Assembly (NCBI GenBank): GCA_963727805.1 | Contig: CAVSHF010000005.1 | Location: 1,120,001 to 1,184,000, forward strand | DNA length: 64,000 nucleotides | Direction of reading: 5' to 3' | Source: an uncultured Nitrospiraceae bacterium | GTDB taxonomy: Bacteria; Nitrospirota; Thermodesulfovibrionia; Thermodesulfovibrionales; Dissulfurispiraceae | In this document: piece by piece, positions 37,996 to 47,611 of the stretch | How the letters are laid out: the number at the start of each line of letters is the position of its first letter | Numbering within the stretch: the first letter of the stretch is position 1 | Notes under the pieces: generated by a model | Seen by the model: the letters and a program-made list of their open reading frames with translations, nothing else | Databases searched by the model: none | Told to the model about the DNA's origin: nothing | Translations under genes and position numbers: made by a program

Positions 37996-39369
37996 ATGTT
38001 CAAAAAGACTGTTTTAATCGTCGACGACGAGGAGGGAATCAGGGAGAGCCTGACAGGGATATTTGAGGATGAAGGATACGAAGTCCTCTCCGCCCCGTCG
38101 TCTGAAGAGGCCCTCAAAATCATTAAAGAACGCACCCCCGATATCATTTTTCTGGATGTCTGGCTCCCTGAAATGGACGGCCTTGAAGCCTTGTCGAGGA
38201 TTAATGAGATGGAGAAAGAGGTCCCAGTCATCATCATTTCGGGACATGGTAATATTGAACTTGCGGTCAAGGCTACCCGTCTCGGCGCTTACGATTTTCT
38301 CGAAAAACCTCTCTCTCTCGACAAAGTCCTTCTCGTTGCCCAGAGAGCTCTTGAACGCAAGAAGCTCGAAATAGAAAACAGAGTCCTCAAAGCTGATCTT
38401 GAAAAAAAATGGCAGCTCGTGGGTGACTCCGAAAAGATGCGCGCCCTCACACAGCAAATAGAAATGGCAGCCCAGAGCAACTCACGTGTCCTCATCCTGG
38501 GTGAAAGTGGCACTGGGAAGGAACTTGTCGCGCGACTGCTCCACGAAAGAAGTCCACGGTCGAACGGTCCCTTTATCGAGGTCAACTGCGCCGCCATCCC
38601 GCAGGAACTGATCGAAAGCGAACTCTTCGGTCATGAGAAGGGGTCATTTACCGGAGCATCGGAACGCAAGATCGGCAAGTTCGAACTCGCCAATGAAGGA
38701 TCCCTATTTCTTGACGAGATAGGCGACATGACTCTCCAAACACAGGCAAAGGTCCTGCGGGTCCTTGAATCGCAAGTCTTCCAGAGGGTCGGCGGGGCAA
38801 AGAGCATAAAGGTCGATGTCAGGATCATCGCGGCAACCAATAAGGACCTCTCCGAAGAGGTCAAAAGAGGCGGTTTCAGGGAAGACCTTTTTTTCCGACT
38901 CAATGTAATCCCGATTACGGTACCACCATTGCGCGAACGAAAAGATGATATACCACAATTGGCGAAGTTCTTTATCGAAGTCTTCGCTTCTGACAGCGGA
39001 ACCAGGCCTAAGGGACTCGAACCCGAGGTTGCCCGTATGTTTCAGTCCTATAGCTGGCCAGGCAATATCAGGGAATTGCGGAATGCCGTAGAGCGGCTTA
39101 TGATAATGGTCCCTTCCCCAGTGATATCTGCCACCGACATCACAGCTTTGGGAATGTTCGATCCCGGTCGAGGAGTCATAGAGAGCGATTTCTTCTCGTA
39201 TGCTACACTAAGGGAGGCACGTGACGCGTTTGAAAAGGATTTCATATGCCGGAAGCTCCAGGAAAATGACTGGAACATATCCAGGACCGCCGATGCCATA
39301 TCGGTAGAACGCAGCAATCTCCATAAGAAGATCAAGTCGTATGGGATCTCTGAAAGCAGGATTAAATAG
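37996..39369 (+). CDS. ntrX: NtrX-like sigma54-family response regulator
   Basis: REC (ISGHGNIE), GESGTGKE, GSFTGA, WPGNIRE, LREARDAFEK..ERSNLHKK. Confidence 0.85.
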   Translation: MFKKTVLIVDDEEGIRESLTGIFEDEGYEVLSAPSSEEALKIIKERTPDIIFLDVWLPEMDGLEALSRINEMEKEVPVIIISGHGNIELAVKATRLGAYDFLEKPLSLDKVLLVAQRALERKKLEIENRVLKADLEKKWQLVGDSEKMRALTQQIEMAAQSNSRVLILGESGTGKELVARLLHERSPRSNGPFIEVNCAAIPQELIESELFGHEKGSFTGASERKIGKFELANEGSLFLDEIGDMTLQTQAKVLRVLESQVFQRVGGAKSIKVDVRIIAATNKDLSEEVKRGGFREDLFFRLNVIPITVPPLRERKDDIPQLAKFFIEVFASDSGTRPKGLEPEVARMFQSYSWPGNIRELRNAVERLMIMVPSPVISATDITALGMFDPGRGVIESDFFSYATLREARDAFEKDFICRKLQENDWNISRTADAISVERSNLHKKIKSYGISESRIK

Positions 39370-40721
39370 TGAGTACAATAGTTGCCATAATAGGAAGGCC
39401 CAATGTCGGGAAATCATCCCTCTTCAACCGGATGGTTAAGAAGCAGAAGGAGCGCAGACCTAAGGCGATCACCGAAGAAACCCCAGGAGTCACGCGGGAC
39501 AGAAATTACGGCTCTGTCGAATGGGAAAGCAAGATCTTTACCGTTATCGATACCGGAGGGTTCTATCCAGAAGGACTCCCCCATGAAGCCAAAGAAATCG
39601 CTGAGCAGGTCAGGGAGCAGGCGCTTTTTGCGATCGACGAGGCAGACCTGATCATCCACCTTTTGGACGGAAAGGAAGGTCTCATCCCGTCGGACCGCGA
39701 GATGGCGGACATGCTCAGATCCTCAGGGAAAAAGGTCTTCTGGGTGGTAAACAAGATTGACGTCCCTTCGAGGGAAGGCAATGTAATCGATTTCTACGGC
39801 ATCGGAGCAGAAGATATTTATCCAGTCTCAGCGATCAGCGGTCTCGGCTTCGATGAACTAATGGATAGGATCTCTGCTGAAATCCCTCCGCCGGACAGCA
39901 CTGTCGACGTTTCACTGCAAAGTCTGCCAAAGGTCGCGGTTATTGGAAAGCCGAATGTCGGAAAATCCACCCTCATCAATGAACTCCTCGGAAAGAAGCG
40001 ACTCATCGTCAGTCCGGTGCCGGGTACGACACGGGATTCGATTGATTCGGTCTGCACCTACTATGGGGAAAAATTTCTCTTCATCGATACTGCTGGGATA
40101 AGAAAGAAACCTCGGGAATACTCGGTGGAAGGACTCTCGGTCATGAGGACGATGCGAAGCATCGAGAGGGCTGATGTGGTCATCCTTGTTGTCGACGCAT
40201 CGCAGGGCATCGGAGACCAGGAGCAAAAGATCGCGGGTATGGCGGAAGAATTGGGCAAGGGATTGATTCTCTTTTTCAACAAATGGGACCTCATCGACAA
40301 CCCCGAAGGCGCATACAAAAAGCTTGAGGATGAGATCAAGAGAAAGCTGTGGTTTATGGAATATGTGCCCTGGCTTACTGCCTCGGGCCTAGAAAAGACG
40401 AGAATCACCAATATCTTTCCCCTCATCAAAGAGATCATCGCCGAGAGACGAAAAAAGATAAAGACGCACGAATTGAACGAGTTGCTGATAAAAACGCTGC
40501 AACGCAAGCCTTTCCCTCTATTCCGGGGCAAGGAGCTGAAATTTTATTATATTACCCAGACAGGTATCGAGCCGCCCACCTTCAGGATCTTCGTCAATTT
40601 CCCTGCCGGTATCAAGGCACAACAGGTCGGCTATATTGAAAAGGCATTGAGATCACGCTATTCTTTTAAAGGGACTCCGATACGTCTTTTTGTCAAGGCG
40701 CGGCGGATTATGGTAAAATAA
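39369..40721 (+). CDS. der: Ribosome biogenesis GTPase Der
   Basis: Two G domains (GRPNVGKSS/DTGG and GKPNVGKST/DTAG) and a KH-like C-terminus (GTPIRL). Confidence 0.97.
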   Translation: MSTIVAIIGRPNVGKSSLFNRMVKKQKERRPKAITEETPGVTRDRNYGSVEWESKIFTVIDTGGFYPEGLPHEAKEIAEQVREQALFAIDEADLIIHLLDGKEGLIPSDREMADMLRSSGKKVFWVVNKIDVPSREGNVIDFYGIGAEDIYPVSAISGLGFDELMDRISAEIPPPDSTVDVSLQSLPKVAVIGKPNVGKSTLINELLGKKRLIVSPVPGTTRDSIDSVCTYYGEKFLFIDTAGIRKKPREYSVEGLSVMRTMRSIERADVVILVVDASQGIGDQEQKIAGMAEELGKGLILFFNKWDLIDNPEGAYKKLEDEIKRKLWFMEYVPWLTASGLEKTRITNIFPLIKEIIAERRKKIKTHELNELLIKTLQRKPFPLFRGKELKFYYITQTGIEPPTFRIFVNFPAGIKAQQVGYIEKALRSRYSFKGTPIRLFVKARRIMVK

Positions 40722-40829
40722 CCTGCCGGTGTGTCTGTGTTCCGGCATGTGCTCTTTGGAAGGGCACACGACAGTACCTTTGATGTTTAATTACTATTGC
40801 ATTACTGTCTCTAGCGAAGGAGGAAAACA

Positions 40830-41249
40830 ATGCAGAAAATAATGATCGCCCATGACGGCTCCAAATCATCCGACAAAGCATTAAAAAAAGCGATTGAGCT
40901 CACCACAAGCTTTAACGCCTCACTCACTATTCTCGCCGTCGTTCCCGAGCTATACCTGACTGAACTCCCCGACGTCGATCGCAACCGTATCACCGATTCC
41001 TTAACACAGGAGACCAACGATTCAATGGAGAAGATTAGGAAAGCCCTGTCCGGGAAATCGATCGACGTGAAGACAGTCATAAGGCAGGGAGACCCTGCTG
41101 AAAAGATTCTGGAGACGGCCCAAAAAATGAAGGTCGACCTTATCATAACGGGGTCGCATGGAAGGCACGGAACCAAGAAATTTCTGCTTGGCAGTGTCTC
41201 GTCAAAAGTAGTCGATTATTCGAAATGCCCCGTACTCGTAGTTAAATAG
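40830..41249 (+). CDS. Universal stress protein
   Basis: IAHDGS, GDPA, GSHG, LLGSVS, CPVLVV. Confidence 0.95.
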   Translation: MQKIMIAHDGSKSSDKALKKAIELTTSFNASLTILAVVPELYLTELPDVDRNRITDSLTQETNDSMEKIRKALSGKSIDVKTVIRQGDPAEKILETAQKMKVDLIITGSHGRHGTKKFLLGSVSSKVVDYSKCPVLVVK

Positions 41250-41271
41250 ATCTACTGGAACCGGCCATAGA

Positions 41272-42150
41272 CTACCATATGAGCCGGGCCTTCCGGTTGG
41301 CCCAGCACGAAAAAGAGATATCCACAAAATAGGACTGGGGATGGCGGTGTGCTACCGCAACCTTCACCCCGAGCGCAGTTACATTCCTCGCCAAACCCTC
41401 CAGCTGTTTACCGGCGTCATTGACGTCCCGCAATATGTCAGCCTCAAGGACCGCGAGCCGCTCCTCAGGGTTTTCCACATTGATCCTCCCGACTAGCTGT
41501 CGCCGGGAGAGAAAAGCAACCTGGTCCCTCGCCCCTCCGATCGCGATGCCGATCGTGTAGGGAGGACATCCTCGGCCCTTGGTCTTAGCTACAGCATCGA
41601 GGACACAGCTTTTCACCCCTTCAAAATTACGCTCTGCGACAAACTCGTGACACGCGCCGGTCTCCCCGTTTCTCGAAATGAGCTGCACAGGGAGCTTATA
41701 AGTATTGCCAAGATTCTCGCATTCCGACCCCTGAAGAAGCAGATCAATGGTAAGAGAATTTTTATGGGTCTCTTCGATGTGGATGAGTGGGAAGTATAGC
41801 CCTGTATTGTCCCCGCTGTTGACGCCCGAGAGGATATCGACAGCGTTGGGGCTCAGGGGAACTTTCTTTGTCGCAAGTCTCGTGGCATCGATGATCATCT
41901 CCCGGACGAGTTGCTGGCTCAGTCCCCGCGGAACCCATACAAAGAAGAAAGGGATGCCTGTATCGAGGCAGAGAGGACGTGATGCCTGCCGGGCCGTCGA
42001 GATCTCTTTAAGAAGTGTCCCGACAGATTCCTTCAAATTCGGCGCGGTTTCAGCTTCGTAAGCCTTCTTCAGGCTGTCCTCAACATCGGTCGGAATAGCG
42101 GATGCTACTTTCTTATAGAGCTCTACAATCCCGTCGCGAAGCTTCAGCAC
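41272..42150 (-). CDS. Fe-S hydro-lyase (class I fumarate hydratase/tartrate dehydratase) alpha subunit, divergent
   Basis: PLCLDTG, NSGDNTG, GCPP, HRHP, SCWA. Confidence 0.8.
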   Translation of the reverse strand: MLKLRDGIVELYKKVASAIPTDVEDSLKKAYEAETAPNLKESVGTLLKEISTARQASRPLCLDTGIPFFFVWVPRGLSQQLVREMIIDATRLATKKVPLSPNAVDILSGVNSGDNTGLYFPLIHIEETHKNSLTIDLLLQGSECENLGNTYKLPVQLISRNGETGACHEFVAERNFEGVKSCVLDAVAKTKGRGCPPYTIGIAIGGARDQVAFLSRRQLVGRINVENPEERLAVLEADILRDVNDAGKQLEGLARNVTALGVKVAVAHRHPQSYFVDISFSCWANRKARLIW

Positions 42151-42332
42151 AGGTGCCTCATATCAGGAGATGTCCTCAGGAGAGAATCGGAAATACCGAG
42201 CATGGGGCCTCCCTTCACAGGTTTACTAAAAGAATAGCAGAATCGCGGAGGTTTGGCAAATTGAAACCCGTGGACTTCCCGCGACTGACGCTTTCGATTT
42301 TCAGGCGGGCTTCCGCATCAAGGAGAAACAAG

Positions 42333-43343
42333 TTACGGCATCCCCCTACCGTCAATTTGAGAGCCGCAACGGTGGCACTTTGAAGCCTTCAGCCTAACTG
42401 TCTTCAAAGAAAATCCAATCCGCTCTATGAGGAGTTCTCCGCATGCTGGGCAGTAAGTATTTTCTCCTCCTTCGCCGGGCACATTGCCTTCATATACATA
42501 TTTCAAGCCCGCTTCTAATCCTATTGCCCTCGCCCGCCTAAGGGTACTCACCGGCGTGCGGGGCTGATCGAGCAGATCATGGGTGGGATAAAATTGAGTT
42601 ACATGCCAGGGGATCGCCGGATCGACCGACTTTATGAACTCCGCAACCCACTGCAGAAAGTCATCTGAATCATTGTATGTCGGGATAATAAGCGTTGTGA
42701 TTTCAACCCACACGCCAAGGTCCTTCATAAGCTTTATCGTATCGAGCACCGGTTGGAGACGCGCACCGACCACCTTTTTATAAAAATTATCATCGCCTTT
42801 CAGATCAATATTGTTTGCATCGAGATACGGGGCGATCACACGGGTGGCATTTGGCGAGGTATATCCGTTGCTCACAAAGACGTTCTGTATCCCTTTCTTG
42901 TGGGCGAGCCGCGCGCACTCGCAGGCGAATTCCATAAAGATAGTCGGTTCAGTATAGGTGTAAGAAATGCTTTGACAACCTGCAGACTCTGCCTCCCCGA
43001 CTACTTCTTCAGGGGTCATAGCAATTCCGGGGATATCTGGATGACCCTTTGGATAATCTGATATATCATAGTTCTGGCAGTGCAAGCACCTGAAATTACA
43101 TCCCACCGTTGCTATAGAATAGGACCGTGAACCCGGATAGAAATGGAAAAGGGGCTTTTTTTCAATCGGATCTACGTGTCGAGCCACAATCTTTCCGTAA
43201 ACGAGGGACTGGAGAACTCCATCTCTGTTTTCCCTGACAGCACAAATGCCTCTCTTGCCCGGGGATATCGTACAGTATTGACAGCAGAGATAGCATTTGA
43301 CCTTGCCGTCCCCGATCTTGTCGTAAAACATCGCTTCCTTCAT
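42333..43343 (-). CDS. amrS: AmmeMemoRadiSam-system radical SAM enzyme
   Basis: N-terminal C..C...C; DPIEKKPLFHFYPG; GCNFRCLHCQN; YTYTEP; C-terminal CPACG..IER. Confidence 0.88.
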   Translation of the reverse strand: MKEAMFYDKIGDGKVKCYLCCQYCTISPGKRGICAVRENRDGVLQSLVYGKIVARHVDPIEKKPLFHFYPGSRSYSIATVGCNFRCLHCQNYDISDYPKGHPDIPGIAMTPEEVVGEAESAGCQSISYTYTEPTIFMEFACECARLAHKKGIQNVFVSNGYTSPNATRVIAPYLDANNIDLKGDDNFYKKVVGARLQPVLDTIKLMKDLGVWVEITTLIIPTYNDSDDFLQWVAEFIKSVDPAIPWHVTQFYPTHDLLDQPRTPVSTLRRARAIGLEAGLKYVYEGNVPGEGGENTYCPACGELLIERIGFSLKTVRLKASKCHRCGSQIDGRGMP

Positions 43344-43514
43344 AGCATTCCCCATTTCACCTGATCTGAAAAATATACCCCTTTATTTATTAATAGTATC
43401 ATTGCAGGTGGCTGACGACAAATAGAGGATTTACGGGGACACAATAGAGAAGTAATGCCGGTAGGAAGAACGCCGGAACAAAGTAAAGAACTTCAGGACA
43501 AGAAACGGCTTTGC

Positions 43515-43796
43515 TTACAGGATTGATTCCTTTTGAGTATTAACTGCCTTTGTGACCTTTCCTTTTGCCGGTGCTTTCGTTGCTGTCTTGCTCTTTTTTT
43601 CTGCAACTTTTACCGAGACTGCCTTTGCGGCAACAGGCTTTTTTACCTTAGCTGGCTTTTCAGATGCGAGAACCTTGCATCTGGCATGCACTATCCTTTC
43701 AGCCTCAATCCAATGTTCGAATTCACGGCCATGCACACAACCATCCCTCTGGAAAAAATCGTAGGCGAGTTTTTCAATTTCACGTCTTTTATCCAT
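43515..43796 (-). CDS. DUF2934-domain protein with Lys/Ala-rich tail
   Basis: IEKLAYDFFQRDG..HGREFEHWIEAE followed by a histone-like K/A-rich C-terminus. Confidence 0.8.
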   Translation of the reverse strand: MDKRREIEKLAYDFFQRDGCVHGREFEHWIEAERIVHARCKVLASEKPAKVKKPVAAKAVSVKVAEKKSKTATKAPAKGKVTKAVNTQKESIL

Positions 43797-43936
43797 GATA
43801 CAACCCCCAATCTAATATCTCAACTTTTATGTAGTTTATCAACAATTAACCACTTATTCAATTTACAATCCTCTCTGCTGCCTTTGAGATTTGTTTTTTT
43901 GCTGTTCATTATACCTAATATTGGCTTATACAGCAT

Positions 43937-43981
43937 GTGCATTCTAGATCAGTGCATTCTAGATCAGTGCATTCTAGATCA
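43937..43981. repeat. Perfect 15-bp tandem repeat, three copies (GTGCATTCTAGATCA)
   Basis: Exact copies at 43937, 43952 and 43967. Confidence 0.95.
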
Positions 43982-44101
43982 TCGGAAATGAAAGTCGTAC
44001 TATTATATTGATGTGTCAATCCCCGAGCAAAATTCCTCGCCACTTTCTGGGTTGTCGTTATGCCTGGATCCTTTCGATCAAATTCCGGTTATAATTTAGG
44101 T

Positions 44102-44932
44102 ATGATACCGAAGCGAAGGCTTGGCAAAACCAATGTTGATGTTACAATTCTTGGCCTCGGCGGCGAGGGGATACTGAGATCGTATGATCACAGCAAAGAT
44201 GCTTACGATTTGATCAATCGGGCTATCGATTTGGGGATTAATTACTTTGACTCTGCCAAGGCCTATGCGGGGTGCGAATCATACCATGGCGAAGCTCTGG
44301 GGGAAAGAAGGAAGGTGATATTCCTTGCCGGCAAATCCCACGCCCGTGATAGAAAAGGCGCTCTTGTTCATCTCCACGATACCCTTAAGACGATAAAGAC
44401 CGATCACCTCGACCTTTGGCAGATGCACGACATGAGGACCGAAGAAGATATCGAGGAGGTTACCGCGCCTGGTGGAGCACTTGAAGCCTTCAGAGAGGCG
44501 AAAGAGAAAGGCTTGGTACGCTTCATCGGCGTTACCGGCCATGAGGATCCGTTGATCCTTCGGCGTTGTATCCAGCTTGCTGATTTCGACACGGTGCTGA
44601 TGCCCATCAATCCTGCCGAGCCGCATTACCGCAGTTTTATCACCGACGTCATGCCCCATGCCATTGAAAAGGGCATGGGGATTATCGCCATGAAAGTCTA
44701 TTTCAGGGGTTTGGTCACGAGGATTCCCGGATTCAATTCCGCAGCGCCTTTCTACCGTTTCGCTCTCTCCCTTCCGGTGACAGCAGCTATCATCGGGTGC
44801 GATTCAATTGCGCACCTCGAAGAAAATGTTGGTTATGCGCGATCATTTGCGCCCCAGAGCGAGACGGAGATGGGGAGGCTTGTTGATCTGGTTGCCCCCC
44901 ACGCCCGACAGCTTATGTATTACAAGCCCTGA
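44102..44932 (+). CDS. Aldo/keto reductase
   Basis: RRLGKT, GINYFDSA..Y, K, DHLDLWQMH, RFIGVTGH, IAMK. Confidence 0.92.
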   Translation: MIPKRRLGKTNVDVTILGLGGEGILRSYDHSKDAYDLINRAIDLGINYFDSAKAYAGCESYHGEALGERRKVIFLAGKSHARDRKGALVHLHDTLKTIKTDHLDLWQMHDMRTEEDIEEVTAPGGALEAFREAKEKGLVRFIGVTGHEDPLILRRCIQLADFDTVLMPINPAEPHYRSFITDVMPHAIEKGMGIIAMKVYFRGLVTRIPGFNSAAPFYRFALSLPVTAAIIGCDSIAHLEENVGYARSFAPQSETEMGRLVDLVAPHARQLMYYKP

Positions 44933-45133
44933 CAATCATCAACGGATGCAATAGGTTATGCCTAATAATAATCTCTCCTTGCCGCTCTTTGCCAACTAGG
45001 GGAAATAGCGTTATATGACTCACTCAATTATGCAAAGACCCTTAAAAATATTATCCTTTCAGCCACAGACTCACCATTTTGTGAGGGCTTTGAGATTCTG
45101 ATGATCCGAGAAAAAAGCCAAATGCACTGCCTT

Positions 45134-45151
45134 TTGTGACAGCTGTCACAA
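45134..45151. promoter_or_regulatory. CRP/HcpR-type binding site
   Basis: Perfect palindrome TTGTGACAGCTGTCACAA, matching TGTGA-N6-TCACA. Confidence 0.7.
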
Positions 45152-45342
45152 GACCAGTAACTTCTCGTTTTTGGGTCTTCTTTTCGGGATCAATTACAAC
45201 TATGATTAAATTAGAAACACCGAATGTTTGAACGCGCTTTTGTAAAGAATGTGGCCCTATGGGAGAGTATCCTGTAAGGAAGCGCACCCAGAATGTAGAA
45301 ATGCAACCAGCAAAATATACAAGTGCATTCAGGAGGTGTAAT

Positions 45343-45555
45343 ATGCAGTGTCCATATTTCAAGCAAATTCATGACTTAGGAGTGTGCAGTGCTTCAAAGC
45401 ATACTTTTATACCCAGTATTAATAAAATGGGACACTTCTGCTTTCAAGAGGAGTTCAACACATGTACTTTTTTCAAAAATAGTTTGTTGGATGAACGGTG
45501 TCAAGAGCCGTGTCACGGCATGACGGAAAAGCACGGTTTCTCTTCAAGGATATAA
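45343..45555 (+). CDS. Small Cys-rich hypothetical protein (70 aa)
   Basis: AGGAGG at 45331; MQCPYF..C..PS..FC..C..C..C with 6 Cys. Confidence 0.65.
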   Translation: MQCPYFKQIHDLGVCSASKHTFIPSINKMGHFCFQEEFNTCTFFKNSLLDERCQEPCHGMTEKHGFSSRI

Positions 45556-45623
45556 GGCCATATCGAGATCGGCAAATCGACGCTCACATGTACGGCTCTG
45601 ACACACTAAAAAGCACAGTGTTA

Positions 45624-46385
45624 CTAGAGGGATGCTTCAATATCTTTTATCAGTTCTTCTACCAGGAATATCAGTTGCTCTACATCGAAGCAGCTGTCGG
45701 CAGTAGAGTCAAAACGTATGGTCACCTTTGATTCGAATTCATCATCTTTCGGCCAGTAGAGCAGCAGGACCGGTAGGCGCGGGAAGACATAAACAAGCCA
45801 TGCATGTTGTGATGCAAACTCATCCGGATGAACTGCACCGTACCCGTCAAGAAGCAGGGCCGCTTTTGGGAGATGCCTATCGAACAATTCTCTCAGCGGC
45901 TCTTCGCACTCGCGCATGAAGGCTTTATACTTCATCATCCCGCCCCTCAGCTCGTTATGGAAAACCCACTTGCCGGTAAGGCCTCTGCAGCCGCCATTCT
46001 TGATATAGAAAAGCAATAGCATTTTCATCCACGGCGTAAGGTTTTTTTGCGCCTGAATCTCTCCATCCGACCCAATTACGACCTCTCTCCCGAAGCACTG
46101 GAGAAAAAGCTTGTCGTCTGTATATTCTGCGCCGAGATTATCTGCGACCTCGTCAAAGCGAATCCCTTTTATTTCGGCTTTCAGATTTGCAATCATATCC
46201 TCCCGCCAGTCGGTTTTCCTGATGCAAGTCGTCAACTCCTCTTTTCCCATTATTGGCAACTGGGAGCACTCTGAAAGGTCAGCCTCTCCCTTCAGGACCG
46301 CAAAGGCAAATGGCATACATGCCTTCTGCCTGCAGTTGCCGCAGTTGGTCTTTGGAAGTTTCTTGTAGAGCTCGACAGGGTTCAT
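45624..46385 (-). CDS. DUF3786-domain protein with N-terminal Fe-S (LPxxNCxxCxxxxC) domain
   Basis: LPKTNCGNCRQKACMPFA...C; C-terminal PRLPV...WPKDDEFES...FD. Confidence 0.8.
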   Translation of the reverse strand: MNPVELYKKLPKTNCGNCRQKACMPFAFAVLKGEADLSECSQLPIMGKEELTTCIRKTDWREDMIANLKAEIKGIRFDEVADNLGAEYTDDKLFLQCFGREVVIGSDGEIQAQKNLTPWMKMLLLFYIKNGGCRGLTGKWVFHNELRGGMMKYKAFMRECEEPLRELFDRHLPKAALLLDGYGAVHPDEFASQHAWLVYVFPRLPVLLLYWPKDDEFESKVTIRFDSTADSCFDVEQLIFLVEELIKDIEASL

Positions 46386-46428
46386 ATTCCTCTGTGACTA
46401 TGGTGGTTTCTAAGTTTTCATACGGAAA

Positions 46429-46662
46429 CTACTTCTTATGGCATCGAATGCACATTTGATCGTCCACCATTCTCATCCTTTGCTCTTCCGGCGACTTCTT
46501 CAATCCCACACTGTGATAGGCAAAGCAGTCCTTATAGCCAAGTTCCTGATGCATCTTCACCAGTTTCGGATTTTTGCTGTGACACTCATTACAAGCAAAA
46601 GCGGGACCCAAGATCAGTAGCACTCCAGCTAGGCACAGGAAGTATAGTGCAATTTCCTTCAT
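46429..46662 (-). CDS. Small exported multiheme c-type cytochrome with two intact and one broken heme motif
   Basis: Signal peptide; CNECH, CFAYH, CIRCH. Confidence 0.7.
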   Translation of the reverse strand: MKEIALYFLCLAGVLLILGPAFACNECHSKNPKLVKMHQELGYKDCFAYHSVGLKKSPEEQRMRMVDDQMCIRCHKK

Positions 46663-46695
46663 GTAACAGTTTATAAATATCTCAGACACTTTGCC

Positions 46696-46709
46696 TTGAC
46701 TTAAGTCAA
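46696..46709. promoter_or_regulatory. FNR/CRP-family-like box
   Basis: Perfect palindrome TTGAC-TTAA-GTCAA. Confidence 0.55.
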
Positions 46710-46852
46710 ACACGGAATTACTTGGACATCATTTACTTTTCATCATTACTATAAATTCATGTTAATCCCAATCTGTTGACAAAAATTCATGTGTGCACCA
46801 TCATATAATGATATCGAATTCAAGGATGGCGTATCCTCTTTCAAAACAGATC

Positions 46853-47611
46853 ATGACGGGAACACTTTATGTCATCGGCGTTGGACCCGGTGATCCGGAA
46901 CTGCTTACTCTCAAAGCAGTCCGGATTCTCAGGGATGCGCCTTGCCTTTGCGTACCCAAGGGGCGAGAGGAAGGGAGCAGCCTTGCCCTCTCGATCGTCG
47001 AAGGCATTGTCGACCTGAAGGGGAAAGAGATCATCGAGGCCTTCTTTCCTATGAAAAAGACAAGGCGTAGTGAGGAAGAGAGGAAGTTCGGTAATGCAGA
47101 AGCCGGAGACGATTTGCTGGAAGCGCGGTGGAACGAAACGGTCCTCAATATCCTCAAGAGGCTCAATCAGGGTATCGATGTTTCCTTTATTACTATCGGC
47201 GACCCCTCGATATACAGCACTTTTTTCTATCTTTATGACCGCCTGTTGGCCCTTGCCCCGGCCATGCCTATCAAAATAGTCCCCGGAGTGTCATCAATCA
47301 CGGCCGCAGCGGCACGAGCAGGCATTTCACTAGGGCTTGCAAACGAAAAGATCGCCATACTGCCGGCAACCTATGTCGGAGACTTGCGCACGATCATATC
47401 GGAGTTCGATACCATTGTCCTTATGAAGGTATACAGAGTTTTCGATCAAGTGCTAAAGAGTCTGAATGAAACTGGCCTTCTCGATAACTCCACGTATATT
47501 TCAAAAGCAGGAATGCGTGAAGAGGCGGTTATTAGAAATTTGAGGGATGTTAGGAAGGATGATCTCAACTATTTTTCCCTTATTATAATCAGGAGACGGT
47601 CGACATCATGA
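46853..47611 (+). CDS. cbiL: (Cobalt-)precorrin-2 C20-methyltransferase
   Basis: IGVGPGDPELLTLKA, FPM, TIGDPSIYSTF, PGVSS, VLMK, YFS. Confidence 0.9.
   Translation: MTGTLYVIGVGPGDPELLTLKAVRILRDAPCLCVPKGREEGSSLALSIVEGIVDLKGKEIIEAFFPMKKTRRSEEERKFGNAEAGDDLLEARWNETVLNILKRLNQGIDVSFITIGDPSIYSTFFYLYDRLLALAPAMPIKIVPGVSSITAAAARAGISLGLANEKIAILPATYVGDLRTIISEFDTIVLMKVYRVFDQVLKSLNETGLLDNSTYISKAGMREEAVIRNLRDVRKDDLNYFSLIIIRRRSTS

Noticed and set aside
43937..43981. Possible CRISPR array
   Set aside because: 15-bp units abut with no spacers, and there are no cas genes.
46710..46852. Cobalamin riboswitch upstream of the cob operon
   Set aside because: The region is short and AT-rich, and no B12-box or conserved core could be found.
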